Part shown: positions 52,768 through 62,708 of the stretch, piece by piece
Layout of the letters: every line of letters starts with the position of its first letter
How positions within the stretch are numbered: position 1 is the stretch's first letter
NCBI GenBank assembly: GCA_035504735.1
Contig: DATJRJ010000129.1
Location: 4,771-68,770, forward strand
DNA from: Candidatus Binataceae bacterium
GTDB lineage: Bacteria; Desulfobacterota; Binatia; Binatales; Binataceae
Direction of reading: 5' to 3'
DNA: 64,000 bases
Notes under the pieces: generated by a model
Databases searched by the model: none
The model's input: the letters and a program-made list of their open reading frames with translations, nothing else
What the model was told of the DNA's origin: nothing
Program-made: the position numbers and the translations under genes

Positions 52768-53198
52768 GCGAGGAGGCGGCGCGGCCGCTGGTCAGCCGGC
52801 GCACCTTCCGGGTGCAATGGGGCGAGTGCGACGCCGCCCGGATCGTGTTCTATCCCAACTATTTTATCTGGTTCGACGAGGCCACCGCCGCGCTGATCGA
52901 AAAGGCCGGGCTGTCGCAGCGCATGATGGTCGAGGCGGCGGGTGTGGGGATACCGCTGGTCGACGCGCGCGCGAGCTTTCTCATCCCGGCGAGCCATGGC
53001 GACGAGCTCGCGATCGAGAGTTTCGTCGAGCGCTGGGGAAACAAGAGCTTCACGGTGCGCCATCGGATCTATAAGGATGGCGCGTTGGCGGCGGAAGGCT
53101 ACGAGACGCGGATTTGGGGAACGCGCGATCCGGCCGACCAGCGGCTCAGGGCGATGCCGATACCAGCGGAAATCAAGGCACGATTCGGCGCTGACTAA
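52764..53198 (+). CDS. acyl-CoA thioesterase (4HBT/YbgC-like hotdog fold)
   Basis: 144 aa. FRVQWGECDAARIVFYPNYFIWFDEA matches the catalytic Asp region of 4HBT class I. The GTG start overlaps the previous stop. Confidence 0.8.
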   Translation: MSEEAARPLVSRRTFRVQWGECDAARIVFYPNYFIWFDEATAALIEKAGLSQRMMVEAAGVGIPLVDARASFLIPASHGDELAIESFVERWGNKSFTVRHRIYKDGALAAEGYETRIWGTRDPADQRLRAMPIPAEIKARFGAD

Positions 53199-53251
53199 CG
53201 GCGCCTCAGCCGAATTGTTAAGAAGGGGTCGCTGCCGAGTACGATAGACCG

Positions 53252-53440
53252 TCAGGCGCTCTTGCTGACCTTGCCGCTGCGGATACATCGGGTGCATACG
53301 AGAATCCGCTGCACACCGCCGCCAATCTTGGCGCGGACCTCCTGCAGATTCGGGTTCCAGCGCCGTTTGGTCTTGTTGTTGGCGTGGCTCACTCGATTGC
53401 CGACCGACGGCCGCTTCTGACAGATCGCACAATGTCTCAT
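53252..53440 (-). CDS. rpmB: 50S ribosomal protein L28
   Basis: 62 aa. [30 protein letters not shown] is canonical L28. Confidence 0.95.
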   Translation of the reverse strand: MRHCAICQKRPSVGNRVSHANNKTKRRWNPNLQEVRAKIGGGVQRILVCTRCIRSGKVSKSA

Positions 53441-53542
53441 GGTTTAAACCAGCTTTCCCGAGATCGCGCTTAAGGATAGCGATATCGAGCGCGCGATCAA
53501 AGCCTCGATGACCGCAACGATTGATGGGTTCCCTTAAGAGCC

Positions 53543-54481
53543 GTGTATGATAGTCGGCGGATGCGCCGGCAAATCAAGGACGCGGCCAAACGCGCACTGC
53601 TCGGGGTTCACCGCCTGGGTTTGCGGGCCGGGTTAATCGTTACGCCCGTACATTACTACGGCGCGATGCCCAATCTGCTCGAACTCGAGCGGGGGCGTGG
53701 CCGATGGGCGCGGCGTTCCGCCTGGACCGGCGTCGAACTGGACGCCGTCGCACAGGCCAAGCGGCTCGAACAGGTCTGCGCCCGTTTCGAGCCCGAATAC
53801 CGAGGCAATGCGGTCTATCTCGAGGCCTGCCGTTCCGACTGCGGTCCCGGGTTCGGCTATATCGAAGCCCAGGCGCTTTATGGCGCGATTCGCCATTGGC
53901 GGCCGCCCCATATCGTCGAGGTCGGCTCCGGCGTCTCGACCCGCGTGGCGCTGGCGGCGATCGCCCGCAACGGCAACGGCAGCCGCATCACCTGCATCGA
54001 ACCGCATCCGCGCCCATGGCTTAGAAGCGCCGCCGTGACTCTGATCGACCGGCCGGTGCAGGAGGTGCCGGTAAGCTTGTTCCGCGAGGAACTCGGCCCG
54101 GACTGCCTGCTGTTCATCGATTCTTCGCACGCCGTCAAGACCGGCAGCGATGTCAACTACCTGATTCTGGAAGTGCTGCCCGCGCTCGCCAGCGGCGTAA
54201 TCGTGCATTTTCACGACATCTACTTTCCCTACGATTACCCGCGCGACACGCTCACCAACTTCCTCGGCAGCACCCAGGAATGTGCGATGCTGCATGCCTT
54301 TCTGATCGGCAACGCGCGCGTGCGGATTCTGTATTCGCTGAGCCTGTTACATTATGATTGCCCCGAGGTTTTGCAGCGCATATTCCCGGAATACCGGGCG
54401 CAATCGGGCCGCGATGGATTGCGCGATGAGCACAGCGGGAGCGGGCATTTTCCCTCGTCGATCTACCTGCAGATTTTGTAG
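53543..54481 (+). CDS. class I SAM-dependent methyltransferase-like protein
   Basis: 312 aa with SAM motif I-like IVEVGSGVSTRV and downstream LFIDSSHAVKTGSDVNYL...VHFHDI. Start is GTG 53543 or ATG 53561. Substrate unknown. Confidence 0.6.
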   Translation: MYDSRRMRRQIKDAAKRALLGVHRLGLRAGLIVTPVHYYGAMPNLLELERGRGRWARRSAWTGVELDAVAQAKRLEQVCARFEPEYRGNAVYLEACRSDCGPGFGYIEAQALYGAIRHWRPPHIVEVGSGVSTRVALAAIARNGNGSRITCIEPHPRPWLRSAAVTLIDRPVQEVPVSLFREELGPDCLLFIDSSHAVKTGSDVNYLILEVLPALASGVIVHFHDIYFPYDYPRDTLTNFLGSTQECAMLHAFLIGNARVRILYSLSLLHYDCPEVLQRIFPEYRAQSGRDGLRDEHSGSGHFPSSIYLQIL

Positions 54482-54600
54482 CTGCCGGCCCCGCGCTGAT
54501 GGCAGCCCCGTGCTAGATGACAGGCGCGCCGGGATGTGGATTCCCACGCTCTGCCGCCGCTTGAGTAGCTCGCTCGAAAACTCCATTCTGTAGCGAGGCC

Positions 54601-56484
54601 ATGGAGCAACGTCTGATTCATATTCTGCCCGAGCAGATCGCGAGCCAGATTGCCGCCGGCGAGGTGGTCGAACGGCCGGCCTCGGCGGTCAAGGAGCTGG
54701 TCGAGAATGCGCTCGATGCGGGCGCGCGCTCGATCAGCGTCGAGGTCGAGAGCGGCGGCCAGAAACTGATCGCGGTGAGCGACGATGGCGTCGGGATGAG
54801 CCGCGAGGATGCGATTCTCTCGCTTCGCCGCCATGCTACTTCCAAGATTCGCGACGCTGCCGACCTGAGCACGATTCGGACGCTGGGCTTTCGCGGCGAG
54901 GCGCTGGCCGCAATCGCGAGCGTCTCGCGCCTGACGCTCAAGACCCGCCGGGCCTCTGCCGCCCACGCTATCGAGTTGCAGCTAGATGGCGGCGAGCTCG
55001 GCGCCGCGGCCGAATGCGCATTGGCGCCGGGCACGCGGATCGAAGTGCGCGAGCTGTTTTTCAACACCCCGGCGCGACTCAAGTTCCTGAAGACCCAGCC
55101 GACCGAACAGGCCGCGATCACCGAGGCGATTCAGCGCCTGGCTCTGGCCAACCATGCGGTCGCCTTGCGGCTCGCCGCCGACGGCCGCGTCATCTATGAC
55201 CTGCCGCGCGCCGGCTCCCTGCTGGAGCGCTTCCGCCAGCTCTTCGGCGATCGGCTGGCGGCCGGAATGCTGCCGTTCGAGCTGGTCCGCGACGGCGCGC
55301 GCGCCCATGGCCTCGCCGCTCAGAGCCAGAGCTCGTTTCCGAGTCCGCGGATGGTCTTCAGCTTCGTGAATCTCCGCGCGGTGCGCGATCGGATGCTGCT
55401 GCGGACCGTCGCCCAGGCCTATCAGACCCTGCTGCCGCGCGGCCGTCATCCGGCGGTCGCGTTGTTCGTCGAGCTCAGGCCCGAGCAGGTTGACGTCAAT
55501 GTCCATCCGATGAAGACCGAGGTGCGGTTTCGGAACTCCGGCGCGGTCTTCGAGCTCTGCTACACGGCGCTCCGCGATCGATTGTCGGATCAGCGCGCTG
55601 CGGATATGCGCGAGAGCGCTGCCGGCGGGGTCGTGCTCGCCACGGCCGGTCATCTGGCGGCAGCCGACGCCGGCGGCTTCGCGCCCGCGCCGCTCGCCGA
55701 GCCGGGCCAATCCGCAATCGCGGCCTCGGCCCCAGACGCGCGCACTGCAACCGAGCCGCGGGCCTTGCGGCTGGTGCCTGACTCGGGGGGCGCGCGCCGG
55801 CCGCTGCAGCCGCCGCTCGGTCTCGGCTACAGCGACACCCTGCGCGAGGCCTTTGCGCGCGCGACGCCGGGTAGCGGCGCAGGCGATCGCGGCGTCGGAA
55901 TCCCGCAATATTCGAGTTTGAAAATCATCGGCCAGCTCTTCGCCGGCTATCTCGCGCTCGAAGGGCCCGAGGGTTTCATCCTGGTCGATCAACATGCCGC
56001 CCATGAGCGCGTGACCTTCGAGAAGTTGCGCGCGCAGATGCGCGCGGGCGGCGTGCGGGTGCAGGCGTTGCTGGCGCCGGCCACGCTGGAGCTCAATCCG
56101 GCACGAGCCGGATTGATCCAGGCCTCGCTCGCCGAGCTCGGCGCGCTGGGCTTCGATCTCGAAGCCTTTGGCGTGGCGACCGTGCTGCTCAAAGGGGCGC
56201 CGGCAGTGTTCGGGGCCGGCAGCGGCGTCAAACTCTTGTCCGATATGATCGAAAGCCTGGGCGATTCGGGACTCCGCGCCGGGGGCGCCGACGGGTTCGA
56301 GGATTGGCTCAAACAGCTCGCCTGCCACGGCTCGATTCGGGTCGGGCGGCTCCTGGAGCGGGCCGAGATCAGCGCGCTGCTGGCCGAGCTCGACCGCACC
56401 GAGTTCAAGAGCAACTGCCCGCACGGCCGGCCGGTTCATATCCAGTTCGGCCGCAGCCAGATCGAACGGATGTTCCGCCGCTAG
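54601..56484 (+). CDS. mutL: DNA mismatch repair protein MutL
   Basis: 627 aa. IHILPEQIASQIAAGEVVERPASAVKELVENALDAG gives the GHKL ATPase domain. The C-terminal dimerisation domain carries CPHGRP. Confidence 0.95.
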   Translation: MEQRLIHILPEQIASQIAAGEVVERPASAVKELVENALDAGARSISVEVESGGQKLIAVSDDGVGMSREDAILSLRRHATSKIRDAADLSTIRTLGFRGEALAAIASVSRLTLKTRRASAAHAIELQLDGGELGAAAECALAPGTRIEVRELFFNTPARLKFLKTQPTEQAAITEAIQRLALANHAVALRLAADGRVIYDLPRAGSLLERFRQLFGDRLAAGMLPFELVRDGARAHGLAAQSQSSFPSPRMVFSFVNLRAVRDRMLLRTVAQAYQTLLPRGRHPAVALFVELRPEQVDVNVHPMKTEVRFRNSGAVFELCYTALRDRLSDQRAADMRESAAGGVVLATAGHLAAADAGGFAPAPLAEPGQSAIAASAPDARTATEPRALRLVPDSGGARRPLQPPLGLGYSDTLREAFARATPGSGAGDRGVGIPQYSSLKIIGQLFAGYLALEGPEGFILVDQHAAHERVTFEKLRAQMRAGGVRVQALLAPATLELNPARAGLIQASLAELGALGFDLEAFGVATVLLKGAPAVFGAGSGVKLLSDMIESLGDSGLRAGGADGFEDWLKQLACHGSIRVGRLLERAEISALLAELDRTEFKSNCPHGRPVHIQFGRSQIERMFRR

Positions 56485-56503
56485 CTTGCGCCGTGTAATT
56501 CCG

Positions 56504-57484
56504 ATGAGCCAAAGAGGGAATTTTCGCGAGCGAGTCGGCTTTATCGTTGGACCGACCGGCTCGGGCAAGTCAGCGCTCGCGATTGAAATCGCCGCGCGGC
56601 TGGGCGCCGAAATCGTCAACGGTGATTCGCGGCTGTTCTATCGCGGCCTCGATATCGGCACTGCCAAGCCGGATGCCGCGGCGCGCGCCCGCGTACCGCA
56701 TCATCTGATCGACATCTGCGCTCCGGACGCGGCGATCGACGCCGCCCGTTTCGCCGCCCTCGCACGCCTCGCGATCGACGACATCGCACGGCGCGGGAAG
56801 CATGCACTGGTGGTGGGCGGCAGCGGGCTCTATCTGCGCGCGCTCCAGCATGGATTATGCGCCGGACCGGCCGCCTCGCCGGAGCTGCGTCGAAGCTTGC
56901 GCGAGCAGGCTGCCGCAGGTGGCGCGGCCGAGCTGCATCGCGAGCTCAGCCGGGTCGACGCCGCCGCGGCGGCGCGGATTGGATGCCGCGATCTGCCGCG
57001 CATCGTGCGCGCGCTCGAAGTCTTCCGGCTGAGCGGCGAGCCGCTCAGCGACCGCCAGCGCCGCCACGGCTTTTCCGAGCATCACTACGACGCGCTGATG
57101 ATCGGCCTCGCGCTCGAGCGCCCGGTGCTCTACCGGAAACTCGATGAACGGTTCGAAGCGATGATCGCGGCCGGGCTGGTCGGCGAAGTCCGCACGCTGC
57201 TCGATGGGGGTTACCGACCCGATCGGCCGCCCCTTAGCACTATCGGCTACCGCGAGATCGCGGCCCATCTGCGCGGCGAACTGACGCTGGCGGAAGCGGC
57301 GACCGCGGCCCGACGCGCGACCCGCCATCTGGCCAAGCGCCAGCTCACCTGGTTTCGCTCCGAGCCGGAGATTGTCTGGCTCGACGCCGCACGCGCTGAC
57401 CAGCAGGCGTTTGCGATGTGCGCGGAGTTTTTCGCGGGCCGCGGTCCGACGCCACACGCATCACAACATGACGCCACCACCTGA
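56504..57484 (+). CDS. miaA: tRNA dimethylallyltransferase
   Basis: GFIVGPTGSGKSALAIEIA (P-loop), DSRLFYRGLDIGTAKP, QLTWFR. The ATG at 56504 is preferred. Confidence 0.9.
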   Translation: MSQRGNFRERVGFIVGPTGSGKSALAIEIAARLGAEIVNGDSRLFYRGLDIGTAKPDAAARARVPHHLIDICAPDAAIDAARFAALARLAIDDIARRGKHALVVGGSGLYLRALQHGLCAGPAASPELRRSLREQAAAGGAAELHRELSRVDAAAAARIGCRDLPRIVRALEVFRLSGEPLSDRQRRHGFSEHHYDALMIGLALERPVLYRKLDERFEAMIAAGLVGEVRTLLDGGYRPDRPPLSTIGYREIAAHLRGELTLAEAATAARRATRHLAKRQLTWFRSEPEIVWLDAARADQQAFAMCAEFFAGRGPTPHASQHDATT

Positions 57485-57506
57485 CCACCAACCGCCCGGA
57501 GCGAGC

Positions 57507-58457
57507 ATGGAATTTCCGCAGCCCGACCTTGAAGCGCAAATCGAATTGCTCCAGGCGCGGTTCAAGGCGGCGCGTTCGGCGCGCGAACGGGCGGCGCTGA
57601 GCGCCGAGCGGCATCAAGTCGAGCGCAAATGGGCCGCGAGCCTGAGCGCTATCGATCGGGTCAGGGTGGCGCGCAATCCGGCCCGGCCGCAGACCCTCGA
57701 CTACGTGGAAGCTCTGTGCGGCGATTTTATCGAGCTTCACGGCGATCGGCGCTTTGCCGATGATGGCGCGATCGTCGCCGGGTTCGGCTATTTCCTGAAG
57801 CGCCCGGTCGCGATCGTCGGCCATCAGCGCGGCCGTTCCACCCGCGAGCGGCTGGAGCGCAACTTCGGCAAGCCGCGTCCCGAGGGTTATCGCAAGGCGG
57901 CCCGGCTCTACGAGCTCGCCGATCGCTTCAATCTGCCGCTGATCACTTTTGTCGATACCCAGGGTGCCGATCCCGGAGTCGGCGCCGAGGAGCGTGGGCA
58001 GGCCGAGGCGATCGCGCGCAACCTGGAGCTGATGGGCCGCCTGGGCGTACCGATAATCAATTGCGTGATCGGCGAAGGCGGTTCGGGCGGCGCGCTCGCG
58101 CTGGGCGTCGCCAACGCGATCCTGATGCAGGCATACGCGTCCTACTCGGTGATCACGCCCGAAGGATGTGCAGCAATTCTATGGCGGGCAGACGGACCCG
58201 AGAAGGTCGCAGTGGCGGCGGCGGCGCTCAAGCTGTCGGCGCCCGACCTGCTGGCGGCCGGGATTATCGATGAGATCGTGCCGGAGCCGGCCGGCGGCGC
58301 GCATCGCGATCCCGCGGCTGCCGCCAAGGCGCTAAGCAAAACTCTGCGCAAACATCTGGAGCGCCTGCTCAAGCTGAACGCGAGCGATTTACGCAAGCAT
58401 CGCGAGCGCAAGTTCGCCGCGATCGGCAGCGCCTTCCTCGAAAGAGCGGGGTCGTAA
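57507..58457 (+). CDS. accA: acetyl-CoA carboxylase carboxyltransferase subunit alpha
   Basis: MEFPQPDLEAQIELLQ...ARNPARPQTLDY...FVDTQGADPG...GEGGSGGALA is canonical AccA. The track start 57372 overlaps miaA. The ATG at 57507 has GGAG upstream. Confidence 0.9.
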   Translation: MEFPQPDLEAQIELLQARFKAARSARERAALSAERHQVERKWAASLSAIDRVRVARNPARPQTLDYVEALCGDFIELHGDRRFADDGAIVAGFGYFLKRPVAIVGHQRGRSTRERLERNFGKPRPEGYRKAARLYELADRFNLPLITFVDTQGADPGVGAEERGQAEAIARNLELMGRLGVPIINCVIGEGGSGGALALGVANAILMQAYASYSVITPEGCAAILWRADGPEKVAVAAAALKLSAPDLLAAGIIDEIVPEPAGGAHRDPAAAAKALSKTLRKHLERLLKLNASDLRKHRERKFAAIGSAFLERAGS

Positions 58458-58471
58458 GACCGCCATCCTGG

Positions 58472-58675
58472 TTGAGGCATCGATCCGTGAAAGCGGATGA
58501 AGCGCGCAGGATGATGGGCTGGACCAGGGTAATAGGCGCGCTTTGGTTTATCGTTGCCGCGGTCATCGCCGCAACCTTGGCGAGGATCCAGCATCGTTAT
58601 TTCCTCGCCCTGATCGCTCTCACGGCCGGCGCACCGGGCCTGATCGCCGGGCTCACGGCCCGGCCACAACGTTAG
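58472..58675 (+). CDS. possible small two-TM membrane protein
   Basis: The ORF has two hydrophobic helices (VIGALWFIVAAVIAATLA / FLALIALTAGAPGLIAGL). The start is uncertain (TTG 58472, GTG 58487 or ATG 58511). No family recognised. Confidence 0.35.
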   Translation: MRHRSVKADEARRMMGWTRVIGALWFIVAAVIAATLARIQHRYFLALIALTAGAPGLIAGLTARPQR

Positions 58676-58721
58676 ATGCGCTCGCCCCGCCGGTTGCATC
58701 GGACAGCCTGATCGAATAGCG

Positions 58722-59849
58722 ATGGGCTCCGAAATGCGCGCGGCGGCTGACAAGAAAACCTCGGCGCCTGCGGCTTCAATCGAGCATCTGAGGGCGCGAA
58801 TCGACCAGCTCAACCGGGAACTCGTGCGCCTGATTTCGGAGCGGGCTGAAGTGGCGCGCGCGATCGGTCGGCTCAAGCCGCCGGCGCCCGGCGCGGTTTA
58901 TCAACCCGCGCGCGAACGCCAGGTGCTCGACCAGGTCGTGGCGCTCAATAGCGGACCGCTTGGCAGCGCCCAGCTCAGGCGAATTTTCGTCGAGATAATC
59001 TCGGCCTGCCGCGCCCTGGAGCATCCGATTCGCGTCGCCTTTCTGGGCCCCGAGCATACCTACTCGCACGAGGCGGCCCGCGAGCATTTCGGCTCGAGCG
59101 TGGAGTTCGATCCGCAGCCCACCATCGCCGCAGTCTTCAACGCGCTCGAGACCGATCGCGCGGATTTCAGCGTGGTGCCGGTCGAGAATTCGACCGACGG
59201 CTCGGTCACGCTCACGCTCGACCTGTTGATCGACACGCCGCTGGTGATTATCGGCGAGATTCTGATTCCGATTCGGCACGCATTGATGTCGCGCGACGGC
59301 GATCGCGCCGCGATCCGCAAAATCGTCGCCCATCAACAATCGCTCGGCCAGTGCCGGGCCTATCTGGCCGCGAATTTCCCGAGCTGCGAGCTCGAGGCGA
59401 TGGTCTCGAATGCGGCAGCGGCGCAGCGCGCGGCCAGGGAGCCGGCGCTGGCCGCGATCGCTTCGAGCGCCGCCGGCGAGGCCTACGGGCTCAAGCTGAT
59501 CGCCGAAAATATCCAGGACCAGTCGCACAATACGACGCGCTTCCTGGTGATGGGTAAGAATCCGGCCGGACCGAGCGGCGCCGACAAGACCACGGTGCTG
59601 TTCGCGGTCAGCGACAAGGTCGGCGCGTTGCACGAGGTGTTGAGCCTGTTCGCACGCGCGCGGATCAATATCACCAAAATTGAATCGCGCCCGATGCGCT
59701 CGCGGCCGTGGGAGTATCTGTTCTTTATTGATCTGAGCGGCCATCGTGCCGACCCGCGCGTGCGCCGCGCGCTGAAGGCGCTGGAGCGGGTAACGCTTTT
59801 TTCCAAGGTGCTGGGATCGTATCCTGAAGGAAGGCCGGCCGGCGTCTAG
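58722..59849 (+). CDS. pheA: bifunctional chorismate mutase / prephenate dehydratase (P-protein)
   Basis: 375 aa with a CM domain (LRARIDQLNRELVRLISERAEVARAIGRLK), a PDT domain (VAFLGPEHTYSHEAA...TRF) and a C-terminal ACT domain. Confidence 0.9.
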   Translation: MGSEMRAAADKKTSAPAASIEHLRARIDQLNRELVRLISERAEVARAIGRLKPPAPGAVYQPARERQVLDQVVALNSGPLGSAQLRRIFVEIISACRALEHPIRVAFLGPEHTYSHEAAREHFGSSVEFDPQPTIAAVFNALETDRADFSVVPVENSTDGSVTLTLDLLIDTPLVIIGEILIPIRHALMSRDGDRAAIRKIVAHQQSLGQCRAYLAANFPSCELEAMVSNAAAAQRAAREPALAAIASSAAGEAYGLKLIAENIQDQSHNTTRFLVMGKNPAGPSGADKTTVLFAVSDKVGALHEVLSLFARARINITKIESRPMRSRPWEYLFFIDLSGHRADPRVRRALKALERVTLFSKVLGSYPEGRPAGV

Positions 59850-59863
59850 CCGGGACGGCCGGA

Positions 59864-60964
59864 GTGGTCTTGGTCAAAGCGGAAGATCTGGTTCTGCCCG
59901 GGGTCGCAGCTATTCATCCTTACGAGCCCGGTAAACCGATTGAAGAGGTCGAGCGCGAACTCGGAATCGGCGAGGCGGTGAAGCTCGCCTCGAACGAAAA
60001 TCCGCTTGGCCCTTCGCCCAAGGCCATAGACGCGATCATCAAGGCGCTGCCGGAGCTAAACCGTTATCCGGACGGCGGCGCCTGGGTGCTGCGTCATAAG
60101 ATCGCGGCCCGTCATCGGGTCGCGCCCGATCAGGTCTTTATCGCCTCGGGTTCGGTCGAGGTGCTGAACCTCTTGAGTTTTCTCATGTTGCGGCCGGGGC
60201 TCAATGCGATCTATCCGGAGCATTGCTTCGCGATCTATCCGCTGGCGACCGCGGCCGCGGGCGGCACGGGACGCGCGGTGCCGGTGCGCGACGGCTTCTA
60301 CTTCGATCTCGAGCGGGTCGCGGATGCAATCGACGAGCATACGCGGATCGTGTTCCTGGATAATCCGAACAATCCCAGCGGCACCATCTTCCGGCGCGCC
60401 GCATGGGAACGCTTCCTCGCGCGCGTCCCCGAGCGGGTGGTGATCGTCGCCGATGAGGCCTACTCGGAGTTCGTGCGCGATCCCGATTATCCCGATTCGC
60501 TCAAGTACCACGCGGCGGATCGGATGATCGTGACGATGCGCACCTTCTCGAAAATTTTCGGACTGGCGGGCTTGCGGGTCGGTTACGCGGTGGCGCGTCC
60601 GGATCTCGTCACGCTGCTCAACAAGGTGCGCCAGCCGTTCAACGTCACCTCGCTCGGGCAGCTCGCTGCGGCGGCCGGGATGGACGACCATGAGCATGTG
60701 CGCCGCACGCTCGAAGTCAACGCGCGTGGTATCGAGTATCTCGAGGGCGAGTTCCGCCGCCTCGGGATCGGCTACGTGCCGACCCAGGCGAATTTCATCC
60801 TGGCTGACGTCGCCGATGGACAGGCGGTGTTCGAGAAGCTGATGCGCGAGGGCGTGATCGTGCGGCCGATGGGCGGCTACAATTTTCCGCGCCACGTGAG
60901 AATCAGCGTCGGTACGGCGGAGGAGAATCGCCGTCTGGTCGAGGCGCTGGCGAAGGTGCTTTGA
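59864..60964 (+). CDS. hisC: histidinol-phosphate / aromatic aminotransferase (HisC family)
   Basis: 366 aa. YEPGKPIEEVERELG...KLASNENPLGPSP...DEAYSEF...RTFSKIFGLAGLRVGY is the HisC signature. Confidence 0.85.
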   Translation: MVLVKAEDLVLPGVAAIHPYEPGKPIEEVERELGIGEAVKLASNENPLGPSPKAIDAIIKALPELNRYPDGGAWVLRHKIAARHRVAPDQVFIASGSVEVLNLLSFLMLRPGLNAIYPEHCFAIYPLATAAAGGTGRAVPVRDGFYFDLERVADAIDEHTRIVFLDNPNNPSGTIFRRAAWERFLARVPERVVIVADEAYSEFVRDPDYPDSLKYHAADRMIVTMRTFSKIFGLAGLRVGYAVARPDLVTLLNKVRQPFNVTSLGQLAAAAGMDDHEHVRRTLEVNARGIEYLEGEFRRLGIGYVPTQANFILADVADGQAVFEKLMREGVIVRPMGGYNFPRHVRISVGTAEENRRLVEALAKVL

Positions 60965-61075
60965 AATTTCTTGTCCCGGCCGCCTTTTATCCGGCGCGCG
61001 CCGCAAATACTCTGTGTTATATCCGTGGCTGTGTAGCTCCCTTCAGCGCGAGTAGTTGATGATACGGCGCACCCG

Positions 61076-61942
61076 ATGACCGTGCTGTTCAAACAAATTA
61101 CGATCTGCGGAGTCGGCCTGATTGGCGGCTCACTCGCGCTGGTGGCGCGCCAGTCCGGACTGGCCGGGAAGATAGTCGGCTTGGGACGGAGCGTTGAAAA
61201 CCTGGAGCTGGCTCGCGTGCGCGGGATTATCGACGTCGGCACGCGCGATCCGATCGCGGCGGCGCGCGACGCGAACCTGGTGATGCTGGCGACGCCGATC
61301 CGGGCCATGCCGGCGACGCTGCGCGCGCTGCGGCCGGCGCTGCCGCCGGACGCGATCGTCACCGATGTCGGCAGCGTCAAGCAATGGGTGATTGAGCAAC
61401 TCGAGCCCGAGCTGGGTCCGCAGATGGCGCTGGTCGCGGCCCATCCGATCGCCGGCAAAGAGACTACCGGCGCCGGCGCGGCCGATGCCGCATTGTTCCG
61501 CGGGCATCGCGTGATCATTACGCCCTCGGCGCGCAGCACGCCCGCGGCGGTCGAACAGATCGAAACGCTCTGGAAGGCGACTGGTGCGCGCGTCAGCCGG
61601 ATGGCGCCCGCGATTCACGATCGGCTGCTGGCCCGCGCCAGCCATCTGCCGCAAATCGTCGCGAGTACGCTGGCGGCGGCGCTGGATGATGATGCGCGGA
61701 TCGACGGCGTGCGGGCGGCTGATTACGGCGCGGGCGGATTGCACGACACGACTCGGATCGCGGCTTCGTCGCCGGAAATCTGGATCGATATCTGCCTGAC
61801 CAATCGCGCGGCGATTATCGAGGCGCTGGCCGGCTTTCGCGGCATCCTCGAGGAGTTTGCCGGCTGCCTCGAAAAGCGCGACGAAGCCGGACTGAAAAAA
61901 ATCTTCGAGCGCGGGCGCACGATGCGCAAGGGGCTCGCCTGA
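61076..61942 (+). CDS. tyrA: prephenate (or arogenate) dehydrogenase
   Basis: 288 aa. ITICGVGLIGGSLA Rossmann motif, HPIAGKE, and SHLPQIVAS are TyrA motifs. Confidence 0.9.
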   Translation: MTVLFKQITICGVGLIGGSLALVARQSGLAGKIVGLGRSVENLELARVRGIIDVGTRDPIAAARDANLVMLATPIRAMPATLRALRPALPPDAIVTDVGSVKQWVIEQLEPELGPQMALVAAHPIAGKETTGAGAADAALFRGHRVIITPSARSTPAAVEQIETLWKATGARVSRMAPAIHDRLLARASHLPQIVASTLAAALDDDARIDGVRAADYGAGGLHDTTRIAASSPEIWIDICLTNRAAIIEALAGFRGILEEFAGCLEKRDEAGLKKIFERGRTMRKGLA

Positions 61943-62634
61943 TGCCGGCAGCGAGCAGTGCGCGGGCGCGGCCGATTGTCGCTATCGACGGGCCGGTCGG
62001 GGCCGGCAAGTCAACCGTGGCGCGCGGTCTCGCCCAGGCGCTCGGCTTCTCGTACGTGAACACCGGCGCGATGTATCGGGCGGTGGCGCTGGCGGCGCGC
62101 AATCTCGGGATCGCACCCGACGATCCGCAGCTCGCGTCGCGGCTCGCGCGGCTATTGCGCGCGATCAGGATTTCATTCGCCGGCGATCGCCTGCTGCTCG
62201 ATGGCCATGACGTGAGCGGCGAACTCAACGCCCCGGAGATCGGCGATCTCGCCTCGCAGTTCTCGACCCTGCAGGTGGTGCGCGACGCGATGCGCGACTT
62301 GCAGCGCCAGGCCGGCGCGGCGGGCGGCGTGGTGATGGAGGGGCGCGATATCGGCACCGCGATCTTTCCCGACGCCGAGTTCAAGTTCTTTCTCGATGCC
62401 GACGTCACGGTGCGCGCGCGGCGGCGTCACGCCGAGCTCGTCGCCAAAGGCGTTGAAATCGCTTTCGACGAAGTGTTGGCGCAACTTCGCGAACGCGACC
62501 ATCGCGACCGCGGACGTGAACTGGCACCGCTGCGCCAGGCGTCCGACGCGATGTCGGTCGATGCGAGCATGCTCAGCGCCGATCAGGTGGTTAAGTTGAT
62601 GAAGCAACGGATCGAGAGTGAATCGCGCCAGTAA
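61942..62634 (+). CDS. cmk: (d)CMP kinase
   Basis: 230 aa. IVAIDGPVGAGKSTVARGLAQALGFSYVNTGAMYRA. The ATG overlaps the tyrA stop by 1 nt. Confidence 0.95.
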   Translation: MPAASSARARPIVAIDGPVGAGKSTVARGLAQALGFSYVNTGAMYRAVALAARNLGIAPDDPQLASRLARLLRAIRISFAGDRLLLDGHDVSGELNAPEIGDLASQFSTLQVVRDAMRDLQRQAGAAGGVVMEGRDIGTAIFPDAEFKFFLDADVTVRARRRHAELVAKGVEIAFDEVLAQLRERDHRDRGRELAPLRQASDAMSVDASMLSADQVVKLMKQRIESESRQ

Positions 62635-62637
62635 AGG

Positions 62638-62667
62638 CCTTGCAACCCTGCTAGACTGGTTGTAAGG
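62638..62667 (+). other. 10-bp stem-loop in the cmk-rpsA spacer (attenuator or leader structure?)
   Basis: CCTTGCAACC (62638-62647) pairs with GGTTGTAAGG (62658-62667) with one G.U pair and a 10-nt loop. No clear U-run follows. Confidence 0.25.
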
Positions 62668-62708
62668 ATTCCTCATAGCCTCGAAGTTCTCGCGGAAGGT
62701 CCCACTAA

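Noticed and set aside
54982-56619. 545-aa minus-strand ORF
   Set aside because: It is antisense to mutL and the miaA start, is Arg/Ala/Gly-rich and shows no family features. mutL on the plus strand is unambiguous.
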